DNA of 61,129 nucleotides, the filler included, from an uncultured bacterium (GTDB taxonomy: Bacteria > CAZSTA01): the NCBI GenBank assembly GCA_964609495.1. It is 2 parts of 2 records of this genome, joined end to end, with 100 filler letters (N's around TTAATTAATTAA, not from the genome) between each part and the next. Parts side by side here need not be neighbours in the genome. Positions count along the whole stretch, not along the records: positions 31,364 to 61,129 come from CAZSTA010000021.1; 1 more part is not named here. One strand, 5' to 3'. A program made the position numbers and the translations under genes. The notes below the pieces were generated by a model, which made no database searches, was not told where the DNA came from, and was given only the letters and a program-made list of their open reading frames with translations. Shown here piece by piece: positions 38,790 through 48,463 of the stretch (position 1 is its first letter; the number at the start of each line of letters is the position of its first letter).

Positions 38790-39128
38790 GTAAGCATGTA
38801 GAACATCTTGCTAGCAGATTTGGATTTGAATTTCCTTAAATCACCCTCCCCCTAACCCCCTCCCATCGAGGGAGGGGGGACTAAAGGGCTTTAGTTCAAT
38901 CTCAGTGTTCCCTCTCCCCTCGTGGGAGAGGGATAGGGTGAGGGGGAAATTAGTCTTTAACTCCCTAACGAAGAACCAAGAATATGATACCCCCGATTAT
39001 AAGTTCAAAGACCAAAAGGGAGGGGGAACTAGAGAGATCGAGCTTATCTCGATGTTCCCTCTCCCCTCGTGGGAGAGGGATAGGGAGAGGGGGAGAATCA
39101 CATTCCCCAACACAAAGTTTACATGCTT
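38790..39128. repeat. composite REP/MITE-like element
   Basis: 38841-39015 near-identical to 52030-52203; extra hairpin at 39056-39093; ends AAGCATGTA ... TACATGCTT are inverted. Confidence 0.85.
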
Positions 39129-39147
39129 CGTTTTCCCCCCAAAGAAC

Positions 39148-39176
39148 TTGACAATCTAATTATGGAGTGTTATACT
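39148..39176 (+). promoter_or_regulatory. sigma70 promoter of histidine kinase operon
   Basis: TTGACA-17nt-TATACT with TG. Confidence 0.7.
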
Positions 39177-39224
39177 TAAAATGTAATCGTATTATCTTAA
39201 TCGGTTTAGGAGGAAGTTGGAGAC

Positions 39225-41579
39225 GTGATTGAGCAACTAAATATATCTGATTTTATAGCCCCCTCCTATCTAGATATAGATCGGGTTCTAGGAGAGGTTG
39301 TAAGGAAAATCAGCCTCTATCTTAATATTGAAACCTGCGCTCTACTCCTGCTAGAGAATAAGGAGGAAGATACAGAGGAACTGGAGATAATTTCCATATA
39401 TAGTAAGTCAGGAGACGAAGCAGGTAAAGGTCTTCGTTTTAGATTGGATAACTTCTCTCCCACCGTAAAAGCTATAAAAGGGAAAAGATATGTATTTCTG
39501 GAGGAGATGGATGAGGAGGATCGCTCTAATTTTCTCCCCGATGTCCCAAACGGTTCAGACCTTAAATCCGCGCTTATTTTACCTCTTATATGGCAAAATA
39601 AGGTTTACGGAACCATTGAACTCTATGAATCCCGCTCTCATCTGAATCTTAATGAATTGAATTTGAAACTTCTTCAGGATATTTGTAGAGAGGTCCCTAA
39701 AACGATCGAAAACTCCGAATCCCTCCGAGGGACTCAGAAGCGACTAGATGAGCTAACCTTACTATATCAAATAACTAATGTTTTAAATTCCACCCTGGAT
39801 CTATCTGAACTGCTATCTCTGATCATGGACAGTATCATCAAAGTTACCAAAGCTGAACGATCTCTCTTAATGCTCTATGATAAGAAGAGCGAGAACTTAG
39901 AGCTGAAGGCTTCTCATAATATTGACGAAATCGATATATTGAATAAAAACTTCAAGATAAGTTATAGTGTAATCAAAGAAGTTGCCAAAGAAGGTGAGCC
40001 AATTCTCACCGATAATGCCATGCGCGATCCTCGCTTCGAGAATATAAATAGCGTTATTCGTTATGGACTGCATTCTATACTGTGTGTCCCTCTAAAAGTT
40101 AGGGATAGGATTATTGGGGTGATCTATGTAGATAGCCGCATAAAGGATAGGATCTTCTCAGAGGATAGCCTCAATCTCCTCTCCGCTTTCGCGGCTCAGG
40201 CGGCTGTAGCTATCGAGAACGCTCGCCTGTATACTGAGGCTAAGCGAGCCGATGAACTCGCGGTATTAAGACGCATAGCTCAGACTATAAGTTCTAGCAT
40301 TGAGTTAGAGGAAACCCTCAATAACATCCTTGGTAGTCTAAGAACGGTCATTCCTTACCAAATAGGAAAGGGCTGCATTTGGGATGGGGAACGTAGGGTG
40401 ATGATAACCAAGAACTCCTCCGAAAGTGGCTATGATTTAAGCTACGATCTTCAATGTGAATGGGGAGAGGAATGCACTAGTTGGATAGCTTTTCATCGAG
40501 CCCCCCTTTTCGTTCCCAATATAGATGCTATGCCCGATCTATTTCTACCTTATAAGGAAGAGCTTCCTATAAAAGCCTATTTGGGAGTACCTCTTACCAT
40601 GGGAGATAGATTCATTGGGACTTTGGAGTTCATTAGCGATAGAGATGGTATTTTCACCGAAGATCATCTACATTTTCTCAACCTCATCGCCTCCGAGGTA
40701 GCAGTGGCTATTGAAAACGCTCAGCTATTTAATAGTGTTAAGGAGCAGATGAAGGAACTTGAAAGGACTCATACCCAATTACGTCAGTCCGCTAAATTAG
40801 CAGATATAGGTAGTCTAGTAACCAGTATAGCCCATGAGATAAACAATCCCTTGACCAGCATTTTAGGGTTCACTTCCTTTCTACTTCAGAATATTGATGA
40901 AGCCGATCCTAGGTTCTATGATCTAAAAGTTATAGAAGAGGAAGCTTTTCGAGCTAGAGATATAGTCAGGGGCCTTCTGGACTTTGCTCGTGAAAATCCC
41001 CCTAAAAGAGGGGAAGCTGATATCAATGAGATAATAAAGGATGTTATTTCTCTTACTATGATCCAACATTCGGCTGAATTATCAAATGTTACGATAATTG
41101 AGGATTATACTGAGGACCTACCTTCTATTTGGGTGGATATAAATCAATTTAAGCAGGTATTCATAAACATTATAAATAATGCTATACAAGCTATGCTGGA
41201 GGGAGGAACACTCACCATCTCTACTAGAGTAGTCAAAAAGAGGAGGGAAGGTCTGCAAGAGGAAGCTCTAGCAGCCATAGGTGATAAGTCCCTTGACAAG
41301 ATGATCTACAGTGATGAGGAGGTCCCTTGGATAGAGATCTCCTTTACTGATACCGGATATGGGATCCCTGATAACATTCTCCCGGATATATTTACCCCCT
41401 TTTTCACCACTAAAGAGGAGATAAAAGGAGTGGGGTTGGGATTATCAGTGAGTTATGGAATAATTAAAAGTCATGGAGGAACTATAGAAGTTCAGAGCGA
41501 AGTAGGAAAAGGTAGTACTTTCATAATAAGCTTACCGGTCCAACCCCAAAGTAGTAAGAGAGGTGAACGATTTGGCTAG
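39225..41579 (+). CDS. cytoplasmic multi-GAF sensor histidine kinase
   Basis: three GAF-like domains (QAAVAIENARLY), H-box IAHEINNPL, N/G1/F/G2 boxes. Confidence 0.92.
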   Translation: MIEQLNISDFIAPSYLDIDRVLGEVVRKISLYLNIETCALLLLENKEEDTEELEIISIYSKSGDEAGKGLRFRLDNFSPTVKAIKGKRYVFLEEMDEEDRSNFLPDVPNGSDLKSALILPLIWQNKVYGTIELYESRSHLNLNELNLKLLQDICREVPKTIENSESLRGTQKRLDELTLLYQITNVLNSTLDLSELLSLIMDSIIKVTKAERSLLMLYDKKSENLELKASHNIDEIDILNKNFKISYSVIKEVAKEGEPILTDNAMRDPRFENINSVIRYGLHSILCVPLKVRDRIIGVIYVDSRIKDRIFSEDSLNLLSAFAAQAAVAIENARLYTEAKRADELAVLRRIAQTISSSIELEETLNNILGSLRTVIPYQIGKGCIWDGERRVMITKNSSESGYDLSYDLQCEWGEECTSWIAFHRAPLFVPNIDAMPDLFLPYKEELPIKAYLGVPLTMGDRFIGTLEFISDRDGIFTEDHLHFLNLIASEVAVAIENAQLFNSVKEQMKELERTHTQLRQSAKLADIGSLVTSIAHEINNPLTSILGFTSFLLQNIDEADPRFYDLKVIEEEAFRARDIVRGLLDFARENPPKRGEADINEIIKDVISLTMIQHSAELSNVTIIEDYTEDLPSIWVDINQFKQVFINIINNAIQAMLEGGTLTISTRVVKKRREGLQEEALAAIGDKSLDKMIYSDEEVPWIEISFTDTGYGIPDNILPDIFTPFFTTKEEIKGVGLGLSVSYGIIKSHGGTIEVQSEVGKGSTFIISLPVQPQSSKRGERFG

Positions 41580-43158
41580 GGAGAGGATCTTAGTAGTGGA
41601 TGATGAACCGAGGATAGTTGAGCTCTGTAAAAGGGTATTAAATACCGCTGGTTTTGAGACTAAGGGCGTTTTAGATGGGAAGGAGGCGATAGAGTTAGCG
41701 AAGGAAGAAACTTTCGATCTGATCCTGGTGGATATTAATATGCCAGGGATCAGCGGATTAGATGTGGTGGAGTATATAAGGAAGATCGATCCCGAGATTG
41801 CCGCAGTTATAATCACAGGTCATGGGAATATAAATACCGCTATCGATTCCCTCAAATCTGGAGCTCAGGGTTTTGTTATGAAACCCTTTTCTCTAAATGA
41901 ACTGGTAACTTCTGTAGAAGAGGCTATTCAGAAGAATAATTTAGTTAAGGAGAATACCAGGTTAAAAGCCCTCTTACCCTTATTCCAGATAAGTAAGGTA
42001 TTGGTGGATAGCACAGAGCGAGGAGAATTATTCGAGCTGATCTTAAAGATCGCTCAACGGGAGACTGGGGCTGATAGAGCCTCCTTACGTCTATTTAATG
42101 AACAGACCGGGAAATGGGAAACTAAAGCGGCAATTAATCCTATCGGAGATGGTATAGTAGGGGAGGAAGAGGAGATCTTCGACTGGATAGTTAAAAATGT
42201 TGAACCCTTGCTAATAACGATTGAACAGGATTCCCGCTTTAGGGAGATTATATCTAAATTAGGGATGTCCTCGGCGGTATATCTTCCCCTGGCGGTAAGA
42301 GGTAAAACCATTGAGGTACTGAATCTAAGTAAATCCAAGGATGAGAGACCTTTCTCGAAAAGCGATTTGAGGTTATTATCGATCTTAGGAGAACAGGCCG
42401 CGGTGGCTATTGAGAATGTTCGCCTCTTCTCTCAGATTCAGGGAGATATGGAGAAATTAAGAAAACTGGACGATCTGAGATCAGAATTTTTGAACTTAGC
42501 AGGTCATGAGCTACTGACTCCCCTTACGTCTATCCTCGCTTATACTGAGATGATAAAGGACGAAAGAGTGGGAGAACTAAATAGTAAGCAATTGGAGTTT
42601 ATGGAAACTATATATCAATCGAGTCAGAGATTAATGAAAATAGTAAAGGATCTCTTAGATATGTCAGAACTAGAGATGGGACAGATGATCTTAGATATAA
42701 ATGCCGAAGCGATAGATTATTCCATAAAAGAGGCAATCAAGGAGGTTATGCCAGACGCTGAATTGAAATCGCTCTCTTTAAGTTCTCATATATCCGAAGG
42801 TCTTCCTATGGTTAAGGTTGATGCTAAAAGAGTTAGACAAATATTTCATAATTTGCTAAATAACGCTATAAAATTTACTCCCCCAGAGGGAAAGATAACC
42901 GTTAGAGCCGAGCTCGATGGCGACAAGGTGTTAGTCAGCATATCCGATACTGGCCCCGGGATTGCCGAAGAAGTTCGAGAAAAGATCTTCAAGGAATTCT
43001 CTCTAGGGGAGAATCATCTTCGAAGACAACAAGGAGGAGTTGGACTGGGCCTCACCATAGCCAAGAGATTAGTGCAATTGCATGGAGGGGAGGTATGGGT
43101 GGATAGCGAACCTGGAGAGGGAAGCACCTTCTACTTCACCCTTCCCCCTCTTGAGTAG
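41563..43158 (+). CDS. hybrid REC-GAF-histidine kinase
   Basis: ILVVDDE receiver, GAF, H-box GHELLTPL, NLLNNAIKFT, DTGPGI, GVGLGL. Confidence 0.92.
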   Translation: MNDLARERILVVDDEPRIVELCKRVLNTAGFETKGVLDGKEAIELAKEETFDLILVDINMPGISGLDVVEYIRKIDPEIAAVIITGHGNINTAIDSLKSGAQGFVMKPFSLNELVTSVEEAIQKNNLVKENTRLKALLPLFQISKVLVDSTERGELFELILKIAQRETGADRASLRLFNEQTGKWETKAAINPIGDGIVGEEEEIFDWIVKNVEPLLITIEQDSRFREIISKLGMSSAVYLPLAVRGKTIEVLNLSKSKDERPFSKSDLRLLSILGEQAAVAIENVRLFSQIQGDMEKLRKLDDLRSEFLNLAGHELLTPLTSILAYTEMIKDERVGELNSKQLEFMETIYQSSQRLMKIVKDLLDMSELEMGQMILDINAEAIDYSIKEAIKEVMPDAELKSLSLSSHISEGLPMVKVDAKRVRQIFHNLLNNAIKFTPPEGKITVRAELDGDKVLVSISDTGPGIAEEVREKIFKEFSLGENHLRRQQGGVGLGLTIAKRLVQLHGGEVWVDSEPGEGSTFYFTLPPLE

Positions 43159-43198
43159 TCCCGAACTTGATAATTTCAAAAAGCCTCTTTTGAGCAAT

Positions 43199-43229
43199 AA
43201 AAAAACCTCGTCCCGAAAGGGACGAGGTT
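43199..43229 (-). terminator. intrinsic terminator of cold-shock gene
   Basis: AACCTCGTCCC-GAAA-GGGACGAGGTT next to an A8 run (T8 on minus strand). Confidence 0.85.
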
Positions 43230-43248
43230 GAGTTAGGTTCTATCGCCT

Positions 43249-43461
43249 TTATGACAATTTGGTGACGTTATCCGCTCTTAATCCCTTGGAACCGCTCACG
43301 ATGTCGAACTCGACTTCCTGGCCTTCTTCCAAGGTCCTGAATCCGTCATTGTCCTGTTGGATGGCAGTATAGTGAACGAATAGGTCTTCTCCCACTTCCT
43401 GCTCAATAAAGCCATAGCCCTTACTTGCGTTGAACCACTTGACTTTTCCTTTACTTCTCAA
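43249..43461 (-). CDS. cold-shock protein (CspA family)
   Basis: [20 protein letters not shown]. Confidence 0.96.
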   Translation of the reverse strand: MRSKGKVKWFNASKGYGFIEQEVGEDLFVHYTAIQQDNDGFRTLEEGQEVEFDIVSGSKGLRADNVTKLS

Positions 43462-43675
43462 CTGTCTACCTCCTTTTTTAATATATCGAGGTTATTTCCT
43501 CGACCGTGCTTTAGTGGCTTCATAGCACGGGATATCCTTCGGCCTCCAGGAGGTAGCTTTCCAGACCCACTTAAGGTTCTCCAAGCTACTCATAACCTGA
43601 TTATCTTGAAATGACTGCCAAAGTGGGTATTTAATCAAATACCCTTTATGACCACATGCTATCCTGCCTTACTAC

Positions 43676-43704
43676 ATTATACCAAAATTTATCTTTTCTG
43701 TCAA
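43676..43704 (-). promoter_or_regulatory. consensus sigma70 promoter of csp, giving a ~200-nt 5'UTR
   Basis: minus strand TTGACA-17nt-TATAAT. Confidence 0.8.
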
Positions 43705-43769
43705 GCTTTTCGCGAAACTTTTATGATAAATTTTATTATCGATTGTTGGAAAGTTCTGATCTTAAGCTA

Positions 43770-44105
43770 CTAGCAATTTATCTTATCCTTAGGTAAATAG
43801 GGACACTTTATGAAAACTGCTTTGGTAGGGACTTCTCCATCGTTGATGATATTATGTCGCTCTCCAGGATCTAAACGAAAAGCATCACCTGGTTTCACCC
43901 TATACTCCCTATCATCAACGATGAACTTAGGGGCGCCCTCGAGGAAGTAAAAAGTTTCCTCCACCTCTTCGTGATAGTGATATCCCAAACTCTGACCAGG
44001 TTTAAATATAAGAACTCCCCACTCCATCTTCGGTCCTCGTATCAGATATTTAGGACCAGAATCCCCCAAACGATACTCCTTATCCGCCTCGTTCACCCTC
44101 TCCAT
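43770..44105 (-). CDS. cupin-domain protein
   Basis: HYHEEVEETFYFLEG, PGERHNI. Confidence 0.85.
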   Translation of the reverse strand: MERVNEADKEYRLGDSGPKYLIRGPKMEWGVLIFKPGQSLGYHYHEEVEETFYFLEGAPKFIVDDREYRVKPGDAFRLDPGERHNIINDGEVPTKAVFIKCPYLPKDKINC

Positions 44106-44131
44106 AGTTCCTTCCTCCTTTCTTCGAGGTA

Positions 44132-45262
44132 TCAAAGCGCTTTCCTTAATATCTCCACCAGTTCATCTTTACTAGCCTTTCGAGGATTGTTGTTCAGGCT
44201 TGATCCCCCGGCCTCGCCAGCGAGCAGTTCAAGATCATCGGTCGTAACTCCCAGCTCGCCTAATCCCGAAGGTATCTCTATATCCTCAAGTAACTTTCGA
44301 ACGCTCTTTACCGCTCGTTCTCCCTTCGGCTCTTCCCCTAAAGCCAGAGCTATTTGGGCGAATTTCCCCTCTCTTAGGGGCATATTGAACTCCATAACCC
44401 GGGGTAGAAGTATAGCGCAAGCTACTCCATGAGGGATTCCCTTTATCGCTCCTAGCGGGTGAGATAAGCCATGAGCCGCTCCTAATCCCGCATTAGCGAA
44501 AGTCATCCCTGAGATTAGGCTCCCCAAAGCCATCCTCTCTCGAGCCCCCACATCAGCTCCATTATGCACAGCTTCAGACAGATTAGCTCCTAATAATTCT
44601 ATCGCTTTAAGCGCTAAGGTATCGGTTAAAGGATTAGATTTTAATCCTACGTAGGCTTCAATAGCCTGAGTCAAAGCATCTGCCCCACTAGCTGCGGTGA
44701 CGGAGGGAGGTAAACTTATCGTTAGGAGAGGATCGACTAAAGCTACCGCGGCGATCATATAGGGACTACGAACGCTCTTCTTTATCCTCTTCTCTCTATT
44801 CGTCAAAACGGAATTTCTAGTGATCTCCGAGCCAGTTCCCGAAGTAGTGGGGATAGCCAGAAAAGGAACACCTGGCTTTTCCAACTCCCTACCCGCTTGA
44901 TATTCTCCTATCGAATATTCCTGCCCTATCATTGCCGCAATCGCTTTCGCCGTATCCAAAGCACTTCCTCCGCCTAAACCGATCACTGCCTCACAACCTT
45001 CTCTTTCCGCTAACCTTGTCCCTCTATCAACCGTCTCTAAGCTGGGGTCAGCTTCTACCTCGGAGAATATCACCACCTCCACCCCCGAATCTCGGATAAA
45101 ATTGGCTATCTTATCCAAGATCCCAGTTTTCTTCATTGCCCTTCGTCCAGTAACTAAAAGCGCCTTATTCCCTAATTCCTTAACCTCTTCTCCTACCTGC
45201 TCTGCACAACCACTGCCGAAAACGATCTTCTTGGGTATCCTGAATTCAAATATCCCTTCCAA
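44132..45262 (-). CDS. iron-containing alcohol dehydrogenase
   Basis: GGGSALD.AK, PTTSGTGSE, DALTQAIE, HGLSH, PHG. Confidence 0.92.
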   Translation of the reverse strand: MEGIFEFRIPKKIVFGSGCAEQVGEEVKELGNKALLVTGRRAMKKTGILDKIANFIRDSGVEVVIFSEVEADPSLETVDRGTRLAEREGCEAVIGLGGGSALDTAKAIAAMIGQEYSIGEYQAGRELEKPGVPFLAIPTTSGTGSEITRNSVLTNREKRIKKSVRSPYMIAAVALVDPLLTISLPPSVTAASGADALTQAIEAYVGLKSNPLTDTLALKAIELLGANLSEAVHNGADVGARERMALGSLISGMTFANAGLGAAHGLSHPLGAIKGIPHGVACAILLPRVMEFNMPLREGKFAQIALALGEEPKGERAVKSVRKLLEDIEIPSGLGELGVTTDDLELLAGEAGGSSLNNNPRKASKDELVEILRKAL

Positions 45263-46447
45263 TTAAGACTCCCCCCATCTTAAAGCTATCGCGACATAGC
45301 CAGCCAAAGCAGAAACCATCTTATCTATCCCTACACTATCGTTTACGGTATGAGTTAAATGCTCCTCGCAGGGAGAGAAGCCTATGGTCGGTATCCCTGC
45401 GGCCATCAGATGACCTCCATCGGTGGCGAAATTCCACTTGATTATATCAACCTCCCTTTTGAGCGTCTCCTCCAAAGCTGCCTTAGAGGTTACGATTAAA
45501 GGGTGATCAGGATTGAGAGCAAAGGAAGGAAAGATAGCAGGGACCTCAAAGGTGAGTCCCGTATAAGTGCGCCTTTGGTGAACAGGAATATAGAGCGTAG
45601 CTTCCTCTTCCCCTATCAAACTTTCCTCCAAAAGCGGTTGTAACTTCGCTAAGATCTGTTCCGGTGTATCTCCAGGAACATTTCTCCAATCAAGGTAAAG
45701 AGAACATTCGCTAGGGATAACATTAGTGCTCTTTTGATCGCACGAGTAGAGAGTCGGGGCTACCGTGGAGCTTCCGAACAACTCATCTTCGGTCATCTTA
45801 ACTTCATCCAATTTGCAGAGAAAACGAGCTAAGGGATAATGAGGATTAATACCTCGGGAGGGAGCGCTAGCATGAGCCGATTTCCCTTTAGCTTGCACGA
45901 TGATCTCGACTCGCCCTCGATGTCCTATGGCTATCTGATTAGAGGTAGCTTCTCCTACTATCGCCGCATCGACTTTGACCTCCTTGATCAAATTCATCGT
46001 CCCTACTCCTCCGGTCTCCTCCATAACCACCGCTGCTACATAGACCTTCCCCTCAAAATCTGGTCTAAATTTCTTCAAAGCCGCTGCACTATAGACCTGA
46101 ACTGCCAAAGCTCCCTTCAAATCGCTAGCCCCCCTTCCCCATATCCGTCCGTCCTTCTCTACACCTTTGTAGGGAGGAAAGGGCCACTTGTTGAGATCAC
46201 CGGGATCTACGTGATCTAGGTGAGAATTAAACATAATCGATCTTGTCCTTCCTTCGCCGACGACTCCGATCACGTTTCCCACTCGATCTACCCAAACCTC
46301 ATCATAATCAAGCCTCTCCATCTCCTCTTTGACTAGCTCAGCCATATCTCCTTCTTGCCCAGGAAGGCTAGGAGTTCTGATCATCCTCTGACAGAAGGAT
46401 ACCATATCTTCCCGATACCCTCCAGCTAAATCGAAAAGCTCTGACAT
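45263..46447 (-). CDS. M20 family metallohydrolase (ArgE/DapE/YgeY-like)
   Basis: SHLDHV, GRGASDLKG, MEETG, SAHAS.P, ATDG, HT.ND. Confidence 0.88.
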   Translation of the reverse strand: MSELFDLAGGYREDMVSFCQRMIRTPSLPGQEGDMAELVKEEMERLDYDEVWVDRVGNVIGVVGEGRTRSIMFNSHLDHVDPGDLNKWPFPPYKGVEKDGRIWGRGASDLKGALAVQVYSAAALKKFRPDFEGKVYVAAVVMEETGGVGTMNLIKEVKVDAAIVGEATSNQIAIGHRGRVEIIVQAKGKSAHASAPSRGINPHYPLARFLCKLDEVKMTEDELFGSSTVAPTLYSCDQKSTNVIPSECSLYLDWRNVPGDTPEQILAKLQPLLEESLIGEEEATLYIPVHQRRTYTGLTFEVPAIFPSFALNPDHPLIVTSKAALEETLKREVDIIKWNFATDGGHLMAAGIPTIGFSPCEEHLTHTVNDSVGIDKMVSALAGYVAIALRWGES

Positions 46448-46584
46448 TTATAAGGTCTCACTCTCTAAAGGATTAAAAGCTTCTACTCCAATATTTTATC
46501 AATTAGAAGCTGTTCTGTCAATACGAATCTCGTTTTTCGGATAAAAATATTGCTTTTTTATCTTGAGAGCTTCGAAAGTTTATC

Positions 46585-46613
46585 TTGACAATCAGCTAGA
46601 AATGATATATAAT
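46585..46613 (+). promoter_or_regulatory. consensus sigma70 promoter
   Basis: TTGACA-17nt-TATAAT. Confidence 0.8.
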
Positions 46614-46681
46614 GCCTATTGGAAAGCACCTTGAGAATCTTGTGGCAAGTAGATCGCAATAAATCACTATGATTCAACGAT

Positions 46682-46718
46682 AGGAGGTATAGAGGTTTGA
46701 TATCCTCTATACTTCTTT
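46682..46718 (+). terminator. terminator-like hairpin inside a 5' leader
   Basis: AGGAGGTATAGAGG...CCTCTATACTTCTTT between promoter and start codon. Confidence 0.55.
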
Positions 46719-46759
46719 GATTAAGAGCAGAATCTAAGCCAAGAAAGGAGAAACAACCT

Positions 46760-47545
46760 ATGAAGATCGGAGTTATAATTTCCTCTCTCCGTATGGAGAC
46801 CAAGCAGGCTTTACAGAAATCTGCTGAGATCGGGGCGGAGGGAGTTCAATTGTGGAATGTAGGAGGAGACCTTGATCCTGAGAATATGAGTCAGACCGCC
46901 CGGCAGGATTTCAAAAACTATGTTAGGTCATTGGGATTAGAAATATCTGCCCTCTGCGGAGATCTAGGAGGACATGGATATACCGACCCCTCCGATATAG
47001 AACGGAGGATCGATAGAACCAAGCAGATGCTCGATCTAAGTTTGGACCTCGAAGCTCCCATCGTTACAACTCATATAGGGGTGATCCCCGAAGATGAGAA
47101 CTCCCAGGCTTGGAAGACGATGTTGGAGGCGATGAAGGTTATCGGGGAATATGCAGAGAAGATGGGATCATGCCTCGCTACCGAGACCGGTCCCGAAGAG
47201 CCAACTCTGATGAAGAAGTTCATCGAGGCTATAGGTAACGAAGGACTCAGGATCAACTACGATCCCGCTAACTTGGTTATGATGGGCTTCGATCCAGTAG
47301 AAGGAGTCTATACCCTGGGAGACTATATCGTTCATACCCACGCTAAGGATGGAACTCGCCCTCCTAAAGCTCAAGAAGTGCCACTAGGAGAAGGAGATGT
47401 CTCCTTCGATAAGTACCTAGATGCCTTGGATAGCTTTGGATATAAAGGATTCTTCACTATCGAAAGGGAGGTGGGGGATGATCCAGTGGGAGATATAGTT
47501 AAGGCTATTAAGTTCCTGAGAAAGTTGGAGAGAGCTAGAAAGTAA
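46760..47545 (+). CDS. sugar phosphate isomerase/epimerase (TIM barrel)
   Basis: EGVQL, ETGPE, NYDPAN, HTHAKD, IERE. Confidence 0.87.
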   Translation: MKIGVIISSLRMETKQALQKSAEIGAEGVQLWNVGGDLDPENMSQTARQDFKNYVRSLGLEISALCGDLGGHGYTDPSDIERRIDRTKQMLDLSLDLEAPIVTTHIGVIPEDENSQAWKTMLEAMKVIGEYAEKMGSCLATETGPEEPTLMKKFIEAIGNEGLRINYDPANLVMMGFDPVEGVYTLGDYIVHTHAKDGTRPPKAQEVPLGEGDVSFDKYLDALDSFGYKGFFTIEREVGDDPVGDIVKAIKFLRKLERARK

Positions 47546-47568
47546 GCTTCTACTAAGGAGTATTTCCT

Positions 47569-48414
47569 ATGTCCAAGATAGATAGATCGGTAACTGTGAC
47601 TAAGGATGATATCGTAGAGGGATTGAGGCAACTTGGTTTGAAAGAGGGAGATATCGTTCTAGTTCATAGCTCTCTGAGTAGCTTCGGCTACGTTGAGGGG
47701 GGAATAGAGGCGCTGATAGATGGGCTACTGGAGGCAGTGGGATCAACTGGAACAGTCGTAGTTCCAACTTTAACTGGCTCGGAGAAGCTTTCGAGTTCTA
47801 ATCCTCCCGTATTCGATGTTGTAAATACCCCTTGCTGGACGGGTAAGGTCCCGGAGGCCTTCCGCAAGAAGAAGGAAGCCAAACGAAGTCTCCATCCCAC
47901 TCACTCTGTCGCCGCTATCGGTCCTATGACGGAAACCCTGATCAAAGATCATGAGAAAGCAGCTACCCCTTGCGGTGTCAATACTCCTTATGAAAGGATA
48001 GCCGAACTAGGGGGATATGTTCTGCTCATAGGAGTAGATCAGAACAGAAATACCACCTTTCATACCGCGGAGGAGATCGCCGAAGTTCCCTATCACATAC
48101 AGCCCGGTTTCGCTCAGGCGAAGATCATAACGGAGGATGGTCAAGAGATAGTAACTCCGATAAAGCTACATCGCTATGGCCCAGCGAGGGATTTCAACCT
48201 AATGGAGGATAGGTTCAAGAGAGAAGGCATTATGAGGATAGGCGAGATCGGGAAATCGACCATCCGCCTTTTGAAGGCGAAGGAGATGATAGAAGCTATC
48301 GTAGATGAACTTAGGAAAGATCCCAACGCCTTGTTCGATAAGAGGCTCAGAGATAACACCAGATCACTTTCCGACCTCAGCCCTCGGCTTTCTAATCTAT
48401 ATGAGGATAAATAA
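47569..48414 (+). CDS. AAC(3)/YokD-family N-acetyltransferase
   Basis: LVHSSLSSFGYV.GG, RSLHPTHSVAA.G, NTTFH.AEE. Confidence 0.88.
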   Translation: MSKIDRSVTVTKDDIVEGLRQLGLKEGDIVLVHSSLSSFGYVEGGIEALIDGLLEAVGSTGTVVVPTLTGSEKLSSSNPPVFDVVNTPCWTGKVPEAFRKKKEAKRSLHPTHSVAAIGPMTETLIKDHEKAATPCGVNTPYERIAELGGYVLLIGVDQNRNTTFHTAEEIAEVPYHIQPGFAQAKIITEDGQEIVTPIKLHRYGPARDFNLMEDRFKREGIMRIGEIGKSTIRLLKAKEMIEAIVDELRKDPNALFDKRLRDNTRSLSDLSPRLSNLYEDK

Positions 48415-48449
48415 ATCAAGGTGTTGAGATTATAACTCGACACCTTGAT
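48415..48449. terminator. hairpin between convergent genes
   Basis: ATCAAGGTGTTGAG...CTCGACACCTTGAT. Confidence 0.7.
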
Positions 48450-48463
48450 ATTATCCGTCTCCT

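Noticed and set aside
38841-39093. Possible CRISPR array
   Set aside because: GC-rich hairpins with conserved rather than unique spacers, dispersed copies and no cas genes
38905-39159. 84-aa ORF with repeated MFPLPSWERDR (also 51947-52141)
   Set aside because: Translation of REP-like repeats, not a credible protein
47569-48414. Aminoglycoside resistance gene
   Set aside because: Only family-level similarity; chromosomal metabolic context with no mobile element
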